Assembly: GCA_964187785.1 (NCBI GenBank)
Contig: OZ076409.1
Span: forward strand, 62,684,001 to 62,748,000
DNA length: 64,000 nucleotides
Direction: 5' to 3'
Source of the DNA: Amphiscolops sp. MND2022
Lineage: Eukaryota
The notes beneath the pieces were generated by a model. That model was not told the origin of the DNA, did not search any database, and saw only the letters and a program-made list of their open reading frames with translations. Below are positions 23,001 to 33,999 of this stretch, in pieces. Positions within the stretch are counted from its first letter, which is position 1; each line of letters opens with the position of its first letter. Both the position numbers and the translations under genes were made by a program.

Positions 23001-26000
23001 TAATAAATCCCAAAGGGTCCCCCCTTTTCATTTTTCGGCACTATGCGACATTTTCGAAGTTTTTTCAAAAAAATTTTTTTCAAAAAAATTTTCAAATTTT
23101 ATTTTGTTCCCAGTCGGGAAACAGTGATTTTCCAGTCATATAGAGCATGAAAGGCACACTTTGGGTGTCTCCAAAGTGTTTTCAAAGCTTTTCATGAATA
23201 CGTCCTGAGCATATTTAGAAAACTTTGCGCTTCTTGAGCCTTAGATATAGCGCCGACTTTAGACGTTCCCGTCTTGTTAAATGTTAAAATCAATCATACG
23301 AATCCACACAGCATTCAAGAAATCCAACTGCGAAGTCATTGGATTTTGATGTGAGTTCCCTGAAGGCGCTTAAATATCCGTATACGAATTCCATCCGCTT
23401 TTTTGGAAGTCACCATCGCTCCCGAACTTCGGAAAATTGACTTCTATTCTGTGGTTGTCAATCGAATAGAGAAAGCAAAAAAATCTGCCTTATTGGCGAT
23501 TTCAGGTTAAAACTAACAATGCCAGAACCCTGAATTTGAGTGATGTGATTATCTTTCACAGGCCTCATTATTTAGTACTACCGTATATTATTGTCTTTCA
23601 AAGCAATAAAGCGCGTTGATTTATAGTTCAAAGAAGATGAACCGGTCATATTGGGTGTCCAGTAAAAGCTACAGAACAGACATTGCCAGCATCTTTCACA
23701 CCAACCTGCTTGTGATTCCAGACTGCTCCAACATAGCCCTGAACTCTTCTTTGCGTTCCTTCAACTTGTTGTTTCTTTCTTTTCTCTCTTCCTCTGCTTT
23801 GTTTCTCGTGTACACATCAAACACATTTTTCCTCTCTTTAGCATTCAACAGCGAGTAGCGATGATCAAACACTATTTTGGGAAGTTCTTTATCCCAGGTC
23901 GAATATGCAGACACCTAAGAAAACAAGTTTGGTTTTTAAAATGCTAATGTGAGGGGACATAAGGAGACAAGGTACTTGGTACTAACTGCAGAGTTATTTC
24001 GGTTTGACTTGTAATTTGAGGTTAAACTTTTAACACAAACTGAAATACGAAATAAAGATAGAAACTGGCTACCCTGACATAGTATTAGATAAAACTTTCA
24101 TCTCAGCATTTTAGAAAGGTTATAATGAGAGGCTCCAGTGCTATCAAGGTAATGTGAGCTATCGAGTAAATGAACGACCTGATCATCAAAAGATGAGGGA
24201 CAGAACTAACATTTCGTTCACCAAGCATTTCCATGAACTGTTGTTGACGCACTTCAAAAGGAATATTCGAACGCAGGTTTGCGACACGGGCTTCATCCAC
24301 TTGTTGAGCTACAGCTTCCGTTCTATGAGAAAAAAAATACGAAAGACAATATAAAATGCATTGAAATCTTAGTAGCTTCTGAATCTGGTAAATACCACAT
24401 TCACAGAGATTGTTTTGCTAAATACAGTAAACCTTGAAAACGCTAGGGTTAAGTTACTATCTAATATATCTAAGTGACACCAGGGAGCACAAATCAACCA
24501 ACTTTTTCTTTTTCGCAGCAGGGCTTTCGTCTTCTTCCTCTGTAGAAGCAGCAGTTGCGGGTTTGGCGCCATTAGCACCTGTAGCTGTTGCGTCCGCTGA
24601 GGCGGTGGTGGGAGCTAGAGCAGCTGGCAGTGTTTTGTGGGGAGGATTGGTGAGGATATTGTCAACAACCTTGTTGTTAACCAACTCCTAAAACAGCACA
24701 AAAAATTTCAAGCTACTGAAACAAAGACAAAGAAATCACATGCTATGTTTAGTCCTTAAAGCAGTAAATCAAAATAGAAAACGGCTTTTTTCAAGGATAA
24801 AAAGTGAAAAATGGAACTTCAGTGTTGTTTCAATAACGAAAACTTGTTTCAATAACGAAAGCAAGTTCCATCGAAATAATTCGTTATGAAATATCATCTT
24901 TTAGCTTTCCTTACAATTCTGTATAATCCCGGATTCTTAGTACTGTCGAAGCATTTCTCAGATACTGAAAAATTATTCATTAATAAAATTTATATTAAAC
25001 TGACCTCGGGTCTATGCCACACTGAAAGCTTAGATGACGGGTTGTAATAGAAGACCTTGTGATCGCCAGTGAACACCACACACCACGGAGAGTGAGGAAT
25101 GGGCTGTGAAGCAATTGGCTTGGCACGTGCTTTAGCTTCGGCTTCTTTCGCCTCCCGTTCTATCCTATCAGCTTCTTCCTTCTTCTTTTTCTCCTCCTCG
25201 ATTCTAGTCAACTCTTCAGCCTCCTTTTGCAGTTTTTCAGCATCTTCCACAGGTTTAGGTTTGGTCCAGGTAGTTTGCATGGTTCTTACATTGTACCAAT
25301 ACTTTTTACCATCAGGAGCGGTATTTTCAGCCCATTCGGTGCCGGGTAGGGGAGGTTTAGGGGCTTGTGGTCCGGCAAAGGGAGGGGCAGACGCTGGGGG
25401 TGCCCCTTGGGAAGGCACAGCCCCAGGCGGAGGGATGCCAGGTTGGAAATTAGGCGGTTGTTGCATTGGGGGAACATTTGGGGGAGGCCCTCTGGCAGGT
25501 GGAAACATACCGAAAGGCGGAACAGCTGGTCTAGAATAAAATTATTTCATACAATGAGCTATACCAGATTTATTTTTGAGAATACCTTTACCATCAGGCG
25601 ATAGATGGCGACATTCGAATGTTAAATTATTGGCTAGGCAATCATTCGGAAACAATTTCGTCAATGCTTATTTGTTAATGAATCGAACTTGAACACTTGA
25701 GTGGGACAAAGACCTGCTACAAATTTGACATATTAAACTCATTAATTTGAGTGTTATGCAATGAACTCAGAGACAACATATTGAGTCCAAAAACACTAAA
25801 CATTTAGTCTGACGACATTTAATAAATAACATCCGTCGGCAAATATAGTTTTTACGAAGTTCTATATATAATACAGTGCATAAAAGACTTAAATATGGCA
25901 TTTGAGCACGTTTTATACCGCCAATAGTCGACTGTCTGATATGTACGTGGGTCTGTGTAATTGTCTTAATTTGGGAATGAATGAGAACTACATTTCCGCA

Positions 26001-28525
26001 TGAAATTTAATGATATTCAGCGGAGATCCAACTAACCTAGGAGGCATATTGGGATTGTGGAAGCCCATCATATTGGGAGGAGGTATCATGGGTGGTTGAG
26101 CGGGTGGAGGGTTGAAGTTGCCAGGAGGAGGAGCCGACACTTGATGACTAACTGGCTGAGAACTAATGGCTGGGGATGACTGAGGAGGAGGTAGTTGCTG
26201 CGAATTCATATTATTCACTGGCATCGCATTGGCACCTACCAAAAAACACAAGTAGCACTACTTGTAACATGAGATGTGAATGACCTTCAGTTGAAAGTGC
26301 TAAACCTAGCCTAGGAAATGTCGAAACAAGCCAGGAACGGCATAAGTCGGCGCCCCGATTAAGGCTCAAAAATAGCAAAAGGACTTCAAAGTGTCAAGTA
26401 TTCTCTTCCACAGTGCCCGAAAAACCCAAAGGAGGACCGAACTGGCGCGCTAAAAGGGGCGACCCTTTGGGATTTTTTAACATCCATTGTTGCAAAAAAT
26501 TGGAGGGGACAATTTGGAGACAATAAAAAAATTTTAGGAAAAGTCTCATGAAAACGAAACAAGCCGGGACCGGCCCAAGTCGGCGCCATATCCAAGGCTC
26601 AAAAATAGCAAAGAGACTTCCAAGTGTCAAGTATTCTTTTACAGTACTCGAAAATCGAAAATTTTTCGAAATTTTTTTTTAAAAATTACATACTAAAAAA
26701 AATGGACCGAGTGGCGCGCCGGGGCCCGCTAGCGCGAGCCCCTGGCGCGCTAAAGTCTCACAATGCCGAAAAACTGAAAGGGGGGACCCTTTGAGGTTTT
26801 TCAACATCCATTCTGTCGCAAAACATGAAAAAATTGAAGAAAATTTTTTTTTTATTTTCGGGAAATCTCACAGTGCCGAAAAAAAACTGGAAGGAGGAAC
26901 CCTTTGGGATTTTTCAACATCCATTCTGTCGCAAAACATCAAAAAAATGCAGGGGGGACTCTTTGAGGAAAAAAATTCCGAAAAAAAATGTCTCGCAGTG
27001 CCGAAAAAAATTGAAAGGGGGGACTCTTTGGTCTTGCCCGGTATGGTATGTTACGCGGAAAAACAGGTAAAACCATTTTGGTCCAGTTCGCTAGGCCAAA
27101 TGGTGCAATTTGACACCATAATATTTTGTAGAACTTTTAAGAACTATTTTGGTCAGTTCCGTGTGGATAGAAAAAAAAGTCACTATAATAGTCGCGTTTC
27201 ACTTCATGAAGCGCCGACTAAAAATCAAAGGGGACCATTTAATCTCGTCCGGCATTGTATGTTACGCTATGAAAGGAACAACTATTATAGTACAGTTCCC
27301 TGGGTCAAATGGTACTATTTGGCCCCTTAAAATTTTGTATAATTCTGTAGAACTATTTGGGTCAGTTCACGTGGATTGAAAAAAGTCATTATAGTCGCGT
27401 TTCACCTCATGAAGGGCCGACTAAAAACGGCAAACATGGTCATTGAAGGTTGTTTCACAACTGTAATGTACTGAGATGGTTCGTTTTCCAGTAAACCTAG
27501 TAGCAACAAATTAACCAATATCAAGCCATGTTGAAGTAAAAATGAAGCGTTACTTCATAATGATTCGGACATCTAATCACTTTATTGGTCAATGGGACAA
27601 ATAACTCACGCATATAATAGATTAGCAGGGCGTGGATGCGAAAAACCACTTCTTAGATTGGTTTTTATTTGATATTTTACCTGTGGCTGCGATATTTGTA
27701 GCACCCATATTCGGCAAAGGGAGAGGCAAATTACTGCTTATGGTCAACACCATTTTCTTGAACTCCTCTTGCGTCATGACTGTGGCGTTCATGGGTCTGT
27801 TCCACTGCGTCTGTCTCGATTGTGCATGGTAATAGTACACCTTACCATTAGGGGCGGTCGTTTCTACCCAGATGTCGGGTGGCGGAATCTGCGGTCTGTT
27901 GGGGGGAGGCAGTGCTGTATTTGGAGGAGGAACAGCCGGCATATTTGGCCCAGCTCCCGTTGACAGAGGGGGTCGGTTGAAATTAAGCTGAGGAGGGGCT
28001 ACAATGCTACTGCCACTGTGAATGACATTGAAATTGGGAGGAGGCTGACTCACAGGCGGGAGATGTTGCAGATGGTGTGGAATAGGAGGACGGGGAGGGG
28101 GCATATTAGGAGGAACACCCATCTGAGGAGGTGCCTGGAACTGCTGTGGGGGTACGGGGGCTTTTGGCGGAGGCCCCGGGTGTACAACCATGGGAGGGAG
28201 CAATGATTGAGAATTTGATGCATCGGTGGAAGTTTCAGAGACGGAGGTAGGTGTAGCATCAGGAGCTCTTTGCAATGTTGGATCGGCAGGTTTTACAGAT
28301 GTTTTCCCAGCTAAAAAGACCCCAATATAAACTCCAAGTACTTATAAGTAGTTTTGCAGTACTTTTGACCACTGTTCGGACGGCAAAAAGACTATTGAGA
28401 AACTAAATTCTGGACTATTGCAGGATTTATGGTAGAGTGAATTGTAAAAACGTACAGTTAACAGGTTCGTCAGAACTTTCTGTGCTTGTTCCTCCCGCCG
28501 GTGACTGCTGCTTATCTATTTCCAT
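16878..28525 (-). CDS. TCERG1: Transcription elongation regulator 1 (CA150), 12 coding exons, 1025 aa
   Basis: Exons 28525-28456, 28310-27681, 26235-26037, 25530-25005, 24687-24503, 24322-24211, 23914-23706, 21599-21446, 19547-19362, 18745-18581, 17950-17501, 17069-16878. All GT-AG, phases compatible, 3078 nt total. Pro-rich N-terminus, three WW domains, FF repeats ([20 protein letters not shown]), C-terminal [15 protein letters not shown]. Confidence 0.93.
17501..17950 (-). CDS. TCERG1: TCERG1 exon (FF domains)
   Basis: [15 protein letters not shown]...[21 protein letters not shown]...VLK |GTTTGT. Confidence 0.92.
18581..18745 (-). CDS. TCERG1: TCERG1 exon
   Basis: [22 protein letters not shown]...[14 protein letters not shown]. 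Confidence 0.9.
19362..19547 (-). CDS. TCERG1: TCERG1 exon (FF domain)
   Basis: [16 protein letters not shown]...DDSRYKVV...REQWFNEYI...SE |GTAGTT. Confidence 0.9.
19867..21121 (-). mobile_element. Old HINE-like copy interrupted by another repeat
   Basis: Left end AACAAGGCGGGAACGGCACAAGTCGGC; right end AAAAAGCGCCGACTAAAA. Confidence 0.5.
20285..20740. repeat. Unclassified dispersed repeat rich in TTCGC/GCGAA motifs, copy 1
   Basis: Similar to 29655-30030 (shared AATATAACTACTAAGCGTAGACGAAGTTTCGC..TGAATGCAGGCGAAG). Confidence 0.75.
21446..21599 (-). CDS. TCERG1: TCERG1 exon (FF domain)
   Basis: [45 protein letters not shown]. Confidence 0.9.
21692..22609 (-). mobile_element. Nested/tandem HINE-like elements
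   Basis: Identical termini AACAAGACGGGAACGTCCCAAGTCGGCGCCATATC at about 21692 and 22168; the opposite terminus ..GGCGCCGACTAAAAA is tandemly duplicated (59-bp unit). Confidence 0.75.
22649..23278 (+). mobile_element. HINE-like element, same subfamily as 2271-2702
   Basis: TTTTTAGTCGGCGCTTTTCTAG ... GCGCCGACTTTAGACGTTCCCGTCTTGTT. Confidence 0.75.
23706..23914 (-). CDS. TCERG1: TCERG1 exon (FF1-FF2)
   Basis: [37 protein letters not shown].. |GTTGGT. Confidence 0.93.
24211..24322 (-). CDS. TCERG1: TCERG1 exon
   Basis: CATAG| ..[24 protein letters not shown]. Confidence 0.88.
24503..24687 (-). CDS. TCERG1: TCERG1 exon
   Basis: [24 protein letters not shown]...SPAAKKK |GTTGGT. Confidence 0.88.
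25005..25530 (-). CDS. TCERG1: TCERG1 exon (WW2, WW3)
   Basis: [25 protein letters not shown] and [27 protein letters not shown]. Confidence 0.93.
26037..26235 (-). CDS. TCERG1: TCERG1 exon (Pro-rich)
   Basis: GGTAG| ..ANAMPVNN...NMPPR |GTTAGT; phases fit both neighbours. Confidence 0.85.
26325..27427 (-). mobile_element. HINE-like element nested inside another HINE-like element
   Basis: Two AACAAGCC..AAGTCGGCGCC termini (about 26325 and 26557) and two ..GCCGACTAAAAA termini (about 27223 and 27427). Confidence 0.75.
27681..28310 (-). CDS. TCERG1: TCERG1 exon (Pro-rich, WW1)
   Basis: [34 protein letters not shown]| ... |GTAAAA. Confidence 0.92.
28456..28525 (-). CDS. TCERG1: TCERG1 exon (first confident coding exon)
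   Basis: TTTCAG|GACC ATG GAA ATA ... T|GTACGT; phase 1 fits the next exon. Confidence 0.75.
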
Positions 28526-28974
28526 GGTCCTGAAACATATTGGCATCAAAACATTCCGAAGCGCGCAATATTTGAAGTTTACATAAAAATAATACAAGAC
28601 GAGCAGTGCCACATCGAGAACATTTTCAGACATAAAGCTTGAAACACGAATAAAGTTATCAGGTTTCAAGGAAAATTGAAAACTACTCCGAAAGACGAAG
28701 AGGGCTTTGGTCACAAGAGAGCAGCAATAGAGGAAGGGTTGTAAAAATCAATATCTCGACGAGAACTGAGAATTTTGACGAAAATATTTCATTCCAGCAT
28801 CTTGTTGTGGTCTAACGTAGAGACACTTCAGAAACGTGACCTTTTAGTTGCCGCTATCTGAAATATAACGCGACTATAGTGGCTTTTAATTGGTTTTTAA
28901 ATCCGGTCGAAGTGGCCACATCTCTACGACAAGTTCCCGGTCGAAAAGGCCACATCTTCGGGGCCTTTTGGTAT

Positions 28975-29515
28975 TTGTAGTCGGCGCCTTTTCCCTTAAG
29001 AAAAAAGGCCGACTATTACAGTGGGTAGTTTCTTTTTCTTCTTCAGCTGACAATCTCACTCTGCATGGTCCACTTTTTACAATTTTCATGATCCACTAAC
29101 TGCCACACTTGTAACTTCTACTGGCACTTGGCAGAGCGGTTACGGCTTTTTTTGAGGTCTGCCAAGCAGAAGGACGTGGGTTCGAGTCCAACCTTGACCA
29201 AAAATTTTTTGTGCAGGTTTTTTCGGCTTTGTGATACTTTTTTCGCAATTTTTTAAAATGTCTTCAAAGGGTCCCCCTTCATTTTTTCCTACTTTGCAAA
29301 AGAATGGATGTTCAAAAACGCCCAAAGGCCCCCTTTTACACTTTTCGGCACTATGCGACTTACCGGAGACCAAAAAAAATTCGAAAAAAAATTCAGATTT
29401 TTTTTCAATTTTTTCCTCACGCGGGTACTGCAGAAGAGAATACTTGACACATTGAAGTCCTTTTGCTATTTTCGAGCCTTAGATATGGCGCTGACTTGGG
29501 CCGTCCCCGGCTTGT
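28975..29515 (+). mobile_element. HINE-like element carrying a tRNA-like 3' half
   Basis: TAGTCGGCGCCTTTTCCCTTAAG..GGCCCGACT ... GGCGCTGACTTGGGCCGTCCCCGGCTTGTT; internal GTGGGTTCGAGTCC. Confidence 0.7.
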
Positions 29516-29654
29516 TCCATTTAACAAAAAGGTCCCACAAAAGTGTTTTTTTTTCGGGATATCACCAGATAAAAGTTTGTGTCCAAAGGGTTTTTCGGTA
29601 CTGCAATTTTTACTAGCAATATGCTATATAGAACATTTTGGGAGTCTGTTTAGT

Positions 29655-30030
29655 AAAAATAGGCCCCTGCGGGGCACAGTGATATTTCTGCTTTTAGGCT
29701 TTCATTTTCAATAATAGAAGCATATCTTAATTTATATAGCGCACAATTAATCACTCCTACCAGTTTACGCGGCCTTTAATTCTTTTCGGACTAAAGTAAA
29801 TATAACTACTAAGCGTAGACGAAGTTTCGCGTTCGCGTTTGAATGCAGGCGAAGTTCTCGCCGAACGAACTATTAACACTCGTTCGCTTCATCTCAATAA
29901 CTCGGCATACGAATGCATAATTACAACTCGCTGGTTCCATCGCACGAGAAACGAATTGTTGTCGGCAGCTTGAGAACTTTTATTCTGACGCTTTCCACTC
30001 ACTGCCGAACAAATAATCTGAATTTTTTTA
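29655..30030. repeat. Unclassified dispersed repeat, copy 2 (see 20285-20740)
   Basis: Direct sequence similarity to 20285-20740. Confidence 0.75.
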
Positions 30031-32364
30031 CTCGATATCACGACAAAAATTATAACGGAACAAGAGTAGACAAGCATTCAAAAAGATTTCTAATTGTTTT
30101 GAGCAGAAAACTTTTGTAGTCTTACAATGGCTTAACAAGTCGAGAACGGCCCAGGTCTGCATCCCGCTCAAGATTCACAAGGAGCAAAGTGCTTTGAATG
30201 TGCGAAGGGACGCTATTGTGAAAAATATCATCAAATTTACTGACCCACAAATACCCAAAAAGATACCTACCCATAAGATTTGTAAACCACTTTTCTCCAA
30301 CAAAAACATTTACAAAAGTGAAAGGGTACTCTTTGAGCCAACGAATTTTTCTCAAGAGAAGTCGTGCCCAACTTGAAAATTCAAAACCCACTTTTGAAAA
30401 ATGTCGGAAAGTTTCAATTTTCGAACACAGAAATAAATAGTTCCAAAAAAGGTAGATCTCTTCCACAATTACTGAGAAAGTTCATCAATCCCAAAGGACC
30501 AAAAAATAACCAATGAGGCCACCCTTATGACTCAGTAAACGGTTTTCATTAGAATGTGTGAACAAATATCATTTTTCCCGAAAAAATTCAAAAAGTTTTT
30601 CCGCTTATTTTTTTCGAAAAGTCGCATAATGCCGGAAAACTTTGAGGACCCTCGATGTTCGTAAAACGCTTTATGTTTACTGAACAAAAGAAGCGAGGAT
30701 TCGGCAAAATAGTCTCCGAAAACGACTATAAACGAAACTTAGAAACTTTAACGAGGTGTGTGTTATCCAGAGCAGACGAGTGGAAAACCCTTGGATCAGC
30801 AGCTGCGAGGAAGCACTCCAACATCAAACAAAAACGTCAACACCCGCAAAAACGTCGAAGAACATAATGAAGCTCTGCGTCTAATAGCGAAAAAAATCAC
30901 GAAAGAAAGGAAAGCGAAGAATAAACTCCGAGAACTGGAACGCGAATGGTGGGACACTGTCATTCAGGAGTGCAAGGGGGCAGCGGAAAAAAGAGACTTC
31001 TGGTCCATGCATGTCCTCCTGAGGAAAATCGGTACCCGGAAAAGCGAACCCCATTCGGGGACAACAGTGACGACAGAACAATTCAAAGACCAGTTCTCGA
31101 GAGTAAGCGCTGGCAGGTTCGAACGGCCCCCAGCAGCCCTAATAGATGCAGTGCGAGAAATGCCCGATAGAAGACTAGAAGCGTCCGTGATAGCGGCCAA
31201 CGTCGAACTTAACGAGTGCCTCACCGACGCGGAAATCCTTGAGGCCTTCGAACAAGTTGAAGATTCGGCCCCGGTTAAAGACAAAGTCCGCGCTGCATGA
31301 GATACATCAAACACGTCAGCGCAGAACTCAAAATCAACGTCATCAACATTGTAAAAGATGTTCAGAAGAGGCGACAAATGGGATGAACTCCTAAAGCAAG
31401 GTCAGATCATCCCCTCTTCAAAAAAGGGGACAGGAATTACATCAACAACTACCGAGCTGTATGCTTGCTCGCTATGGCCAGCGGCATCTTGGCTAGGGTA
31501 ATCAGCAAACGCCTCCGCAAATGGACCGAAGAGAACGGTATCCTAGACAACAACCAAGTTGGATTCCGCCCAGAGAGATCAACGGCTGGTGCGACTCAGA
31601 TAATATTGATCCAGGAAGACATGAAAGACCTGAACAAAAGACAAGGAAGAATCTGCGAAGACACAACTGCCCCGGAGGCGTCTGCGAAAGCATACCCAAG
31701 AGTATCCAAACACACAAAGACTTCCACGAAACATAATATTCCGTGAAAGGAGAGGGTGACAGCTCCGGTTGGGTACCCGAGAGAGGTCTCCGAGAAGGAT
31801 GCCCCACATCACCAGTATTATTCAACATCTTCCACCAAGTGGTTATGCGCATTGCCGAGAGAGAAGAGACAGGCCCAAGCCCGAAGAAACGACCTCTCAG
31901 ACATCATAAAATGGAACTGGCTCTCCGGTAACAAACTACCATCCAGTGATCAGACAGGGAAATACAATAGTGAATGCCGAAAACAATGACAGCAAAGAAG
32001 AAACTATCAAGTTCGGAAACCCGGAAACAGATGGAATAAGAATGCTGGACCGACTCGCAGATAGACATCAGAGATAGGCTCAAAAGAGCAGGAGGCCTTT
32101 GTGCCGAAGTAAAACCGAGACTTCAAAAAAGCAGGCTCACGAAGAGACAAGCATTGGAAGCTCAGACATGCGTGGAGTCAGGTCTTTTTTTGATATTCAC
32201 ACAAGATCATGGCTAACATCAGAAACAAAACAGCTAAAGCAATGGATCGGCAAGACATGCCGATATGCGTGGAGCAATAGAAAATTACCGCCCTTGAAAG
32301 CTTTGCAAAATTGCAAACAGAATTCGGTCACGTCTTCAGATCAAGTCTGTAAGATGAAAAATAG

Positions 32365-32856
32365 AACAAGCCGGAACGGCCAAAGTCGGCGCTATATCCA
32401 AGACTCAAAATTGTAAAAGGGGGACCGATTGGGCTATGTGAAACTCCAGTTGGTTGCAAAATATGAAAAAATTAGAGAGGGACCCTTGATAGATTTTGAA
32501 AAATTTGCGAAAAATGTAAAAGGGGGGATCCTTTGGGATTTTTTGACATCCATTGTTGCAAAATATCGAAACAAACGAAGGGGAGACCCTTCGGTGGAGT
32601 CCTAAAAAAACTTCGCATAGTGCCGAAAAAATTCGAGTGAAAAACACCAAGGGGGGACCTATGTTTTCGAGGTTCTGGACGTCGATGTTTTTGTTTTGGA
32701 CGAGTTTCTGGCGTTTCGAGTATGTTTTGGACGTCCGTAGTTCAAGTTGATGATGTTGAACAAATGAACAAAAAAGTGGACCGATCGCGTTGAGCTGACG
32801 AAAAAAAACTAGCCACTGTAAGAGTCGGGATTTTCATCGAAAACGCCGACTAAAAA
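32365..32856 (-). mobile_element. HINE-like insertion in the RTE-like element
   Basis: AACAAGCCGGAACGGCCAAAGTCGGCGC ... AAACGCCGACTAAAAA. Confidence 0.8.
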
Positions 32857-33262
32857 GAAGCCTCCAAAGAATGGGACATGTTCTACGGATGCCAAACGAC
32901 ACATCAACGAAGATAGCAGTCCTTGGATGGTGGATGGCTTCCTAAACTAGAGCAAACTCCTAAAAACAGCAAAAAGTCCCGTAACACAGCCCAATACAGG
33001 AAGTCTGAGTTGATGTGAACCGACTAGGAGACCACCGCCAACAGAAAAGAGTGAAGAGAAATAATCAACAAGAGAATGTACCATCTCGACGTCTGGGAAA
33101 AGGGCAAGGGCAACGCGGCAACATCGAACGAGAAAGACCTGAAAAGAAATATAACACCCAAGAAAACCAACCCAACATGTACCATACGCAACGGAATTCC
33201 GTACAGCCGGAGGAATGGCGATCCACAAGAATGCACGGAACTGAAGTGCTGTTCCGAATGTC

Positions 33263-33999
33263 AACAAGCCGGGACCGGCCCAAGTCGGCGCCATATCCAA
33301 GGCTCAAAAATAGCAAAAAGACTTCCAAGTGTCAAGTATTCTTTTAAAGTGCTCGAAAATCGAAAACTTTACGAAAAAAATTTTCGAAAAAATTACATAC
33401 TCAAAAAATGGACCAAGTGGCGCGCCGGGGCCCGATGGCGCGAGCCCCTGGCGCGCTGAAAGGGGGACACTTCCGAAATTGTCAACATTTTTGTCGCATT
33501 GAAGGGGAACCCTTTGGAGAAAAAACAAATTTTCGAATAAGTCTCACAATGCCGAAAAACTGAAAGGGGGACCCCGTTTGGGGTTTTTCAACATTCATTC
33601 TGTCGCAAAATATAAAAAAATTGAAGGGGGAAATTTTTATTTTCGGAAAAAATCTCACAGTGCCGAAAAAACTGAAAGGGGGACCCTTTGGGATTTTCCA
33701 ACATCCATTCTGTCGCAAAATAGCAAAAAAAATTGAAGGGGGGACACTTTGGCGGAAAAATTTTCCGGAAAAGTCTCGCAGAGCCGAAAAAAAATGGAAT
33801 GAGGGACCCTTTGGTCTCTCCGGGTATGGTACGCGGGAAAACAGGAAAAACTTTTTTGGTTCAGTTCGCTAGACCAAATATAGCAATTTGGTGCAATAAT
33901 ATTTTGTAGAACTTTCAAGAACTATTTTAGTCAGTTCGTGTGGATTGAAAAAAGCCACTATAACAGTCGCGTTTCACTTCATGAAGCGCCGACTAAAAA
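33263..33999 (-). mobile_element. HINE-like insertion in the RTE-like element
   Basis: AACAAGCCGGGACCGGCCCAAGTCGGCGCC ... GAAGCGCCGACTAAAAA. Confidence 0.8.
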
